This document shows positions 61,572-64,000 of a DNA stretch of 64,000 bases, one piece after another (the stretch's first letter is position 1; every line of letters starts with the position of its first letter). Under the pieces are notes generated by a model, which searched no databases, had not been told where the DNA came from, and worked only from the letters and a program-made list of their open reading frames with translations. Source of the DNA: Eledone cirrhosa (taxonomy: Eukaryota); NCBI GenBank assembly GCA_964016885.1, contig OZ024751.1, positions 11,222,001-11,286,000 on the forward strand. Reading direction: 5' to 3'. The translations under genes and the position numbers were made by a program.

Positions 61572-61572
<1 letters not shown>
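61292..61572. mobile_element. Family E subfamily fold-back with hammerhead 61466-61529 (+)
   Basis: ATTTTGT-CTGAGGA-AGGCATAGCATATT GTT AATATGATATCCCC-GAAA-TATATA-TA-ATGAAAT. Arms at about 61381-61464 and 61488-61571. Confidence 0.82.
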
Positions 61573-61604
<32 letters not shown>

Positions 61605-61921
61605 GTATATATATGCTTGCATGATGTTTTGGCTCTAGTTGAACCTCAGTCAGTTTCGAGGAAATGTATTCTCTTTGTTCGAGCAATGGTAAACCTGCTT
61701 ACGAAATAAATCTTCAAGTGTCTAAACATTCCAGACACTCGTGTGCACTAAATGTAATTCTCAGGGAGATTCAGCGAGGCAAAATGTATGAAAAGGCCGG
61801 AATTTTGAATAACAAGTAAAATAAACTTGGGGATCGTGATGTATACTGGCTTGCACACGGACTCAACGTGCCATGAAATAATAAACAATGTAAAGTATCC
61901 ATATATCGATCTATGTTAGTG

Positions 61922-61977
<56 letters not shown>

Positions 61978-62039
61978 ATATATATATATATAATATTTAT
62001 AAATACCAACAAAAGAAACTATCTGTCTGTCTATCTTTC

Positions 62040-63000
62040 CTGTGGCACCTCGAGTGCCTTTAGGCGCTCACAGCCCTCTACCAAGCGGAAACAGCAAACA
62101 GCGGAGACTCCACTTCGACATTCTATAGGGGATTAGTGGAGGATAAGTGCGACGACGTTCTCGGGGAAACTCTAGGCATCGAGGAAGACGAACTGACCAG
62201 TCTGTTCGGGAGGACTTCCCGTCCAGGGTCTATGGATAACTTCCAGATGTCTCTGGCCTGGCAGTGCTACCGAGGAGCTCTACCAGTTCGAGAAAAATCT
62301 ACAGGCACCGATACCCTGGCAGGACCTGTCCAAGATGCGAGCAGGACATCGAAACCGTTCTGCACGCAATTGTTCAGTGCCCTGGGGTGACCGACCTGTG
62401 GAATTATGTCGAACAGCTACTGTCACGTGTGGGACGCATCCAATTGTCAGCCGAGTCCATCGTGAGGATCACCCGGCCGTCTTTATTTAAGAGTGAAGGA
62501 GAGGCGGTCTTCCTCTATTTGGTGGTTATGGCGAAAGAGGTAATATGGTGGACGAGGTTAAAAGGACTGAGGGCAAGCACCTTCTCTCCGGACAACAACT
62601 CATCCCCTTCTTTAAGTACCACTTCAGAAGGAAGGTGAGAGTGGAGAGAGAGGTGCTCCAACCCAGTAAATTCGCTGAAATGTGGGTGATTGTAGCACAA
62701 AAGGCCTGGGTGAATGGGCCTTCTCTGTATATAAACCTGTAGGTTCAGGAAGATAAACAGATGGAAGACGGGAACACCTACAAAACGTGTTCCTGGTGTT
62801 GAGGGTCGTACTATCCACGGGGTGTAAAACAACCCCGCAGTAGAGTTACCACCACCCCACCACCCTAATGGGGATTTCAATTGTTTTCTTTTTATATAGT
62901 TTATTGTTATTTATCATTATTGAAGATTCTATGTAAAACCCCCGCCGTCACGTTTTGTAATGTCCCATTTTTGTACGCCCCTGTGGCAAATAAAGAAAGA
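62040..63000 (+). mobile_element. 5'-truncated L1/Tx1-like LINE: ORF2 C-terminal zinc-knuckle region, frameshifted
   Basis: SLAWQCYRGALPVREK, frameshift, TCPRCEQDIETVLHAIVQC (CCHC)...AKEVIWWTR, frameshift, ...FAEMW...YINL* at 62742. 3'UTR has aataaa near 62989. Confidence 0.87.
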
Positions 63001-63397
63001 TATCTTTCAATCGCTCCCTCTCCTTCACTGTCTGACTCCCCCTCTCTCTCTATGTCCACACACACATACTCACACACACATATATACACATACATCATGC
63101 GTATCTATATCTAGATATCTCTTTTTCTCTCTCTAAATACGTATATATGCATACAATCCCTGCAATATATATACATATATATATATAATACTTATCGCCA
63201 AAGAAACATAGTAACATGAACGCACAGTAGTACATTTACATAAACATATGTGAGCGCCTGGCACCATACCTGTGTATGTATGTAAGCACATATGTATGCA
63301 TGTACGTATGCAATAATATATACATTGGATCTAATCAAATCTAAAATAATCTAATATATTTACATAGGATGTACAAACGTATATAAATGCTAACAAA

Positions 63398-63509
<112 letters not shown>

Positions 63510-64000
63510 ACCTGTATGTGTGTATGTGTATTTATTATATATTGATATATACACGCTGGGACAAATGGAACGTTCAAATTCATTTAGTTTAATAGAAATC
63601 AACCTTGCTTTTATTCATTCTTAAAAGCTATTTCAAGACCATGCTCTACCACTATATACATTTTCTCTTATAAGATAGTTTTAAACACACTTGCCAAAAA
63701 GACTGTCACTCCTACTGCCACCAAAACACGCCTGTATACACAGTGAAATATACAAGCACACGATCTCATACATACATATAGAGACAGAATGCCATGCACA
63801 CACAATCGTGCACACATATATTTACATACTAGAAATGTTTAATCTCAATAGACAATATATTTTGACATCATATGTCCATTCTTGTTTGGACTAAGATCTG
63901 TTATTATTTAGAAGAGGGAAAGGAGAAGTAGGAGAGAAAGTAGAATTGGGAAACAGAAACCAAAACTAAGAATATAAAATCACAAACAAAAACAAATATA

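Overview
AT-rich, repeat-saturated eukaryotic DNA, intronic or intergenic. It is probably a cephalopod (Octopus-like), judged from a tRNA-derived SINE recognised from memory and not database-checked. No host protein-coding exon can be supported, and almost all ORFs in the track are read-throughs of (TA)n, (CA)n or trinucleotide repeats. The real coding remnants are all decayed retroelements: a Penelope-like element (PLE; GIY-YIG endonuclease, 1-1130), RTE-clade 3' ends and internally deleted RTE derivatives, and an L1/Tx1-like 3' end (62040-63000). The main signal is a set of about 8 sequence-unrelated short element families (labelled A-I here) embedded in (TA)n tracts. Many carry minimal type I hammerhead ribozyme (HHR) motifs, including U3-A8, C3-A8 and core-insertion variants. 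They occur repeatedly as head-to-head fold-back palindromes, and several share a GAGYRC motif 40-62 nt from the 3' (TA)n junction. One palindrome (31875-33335) also mirrors the flanking microsatellite DNA, and its inverted arm starts at the predicted ribozyme cleavage site. All RNA structures were folded by eye and boundaries are approximate.
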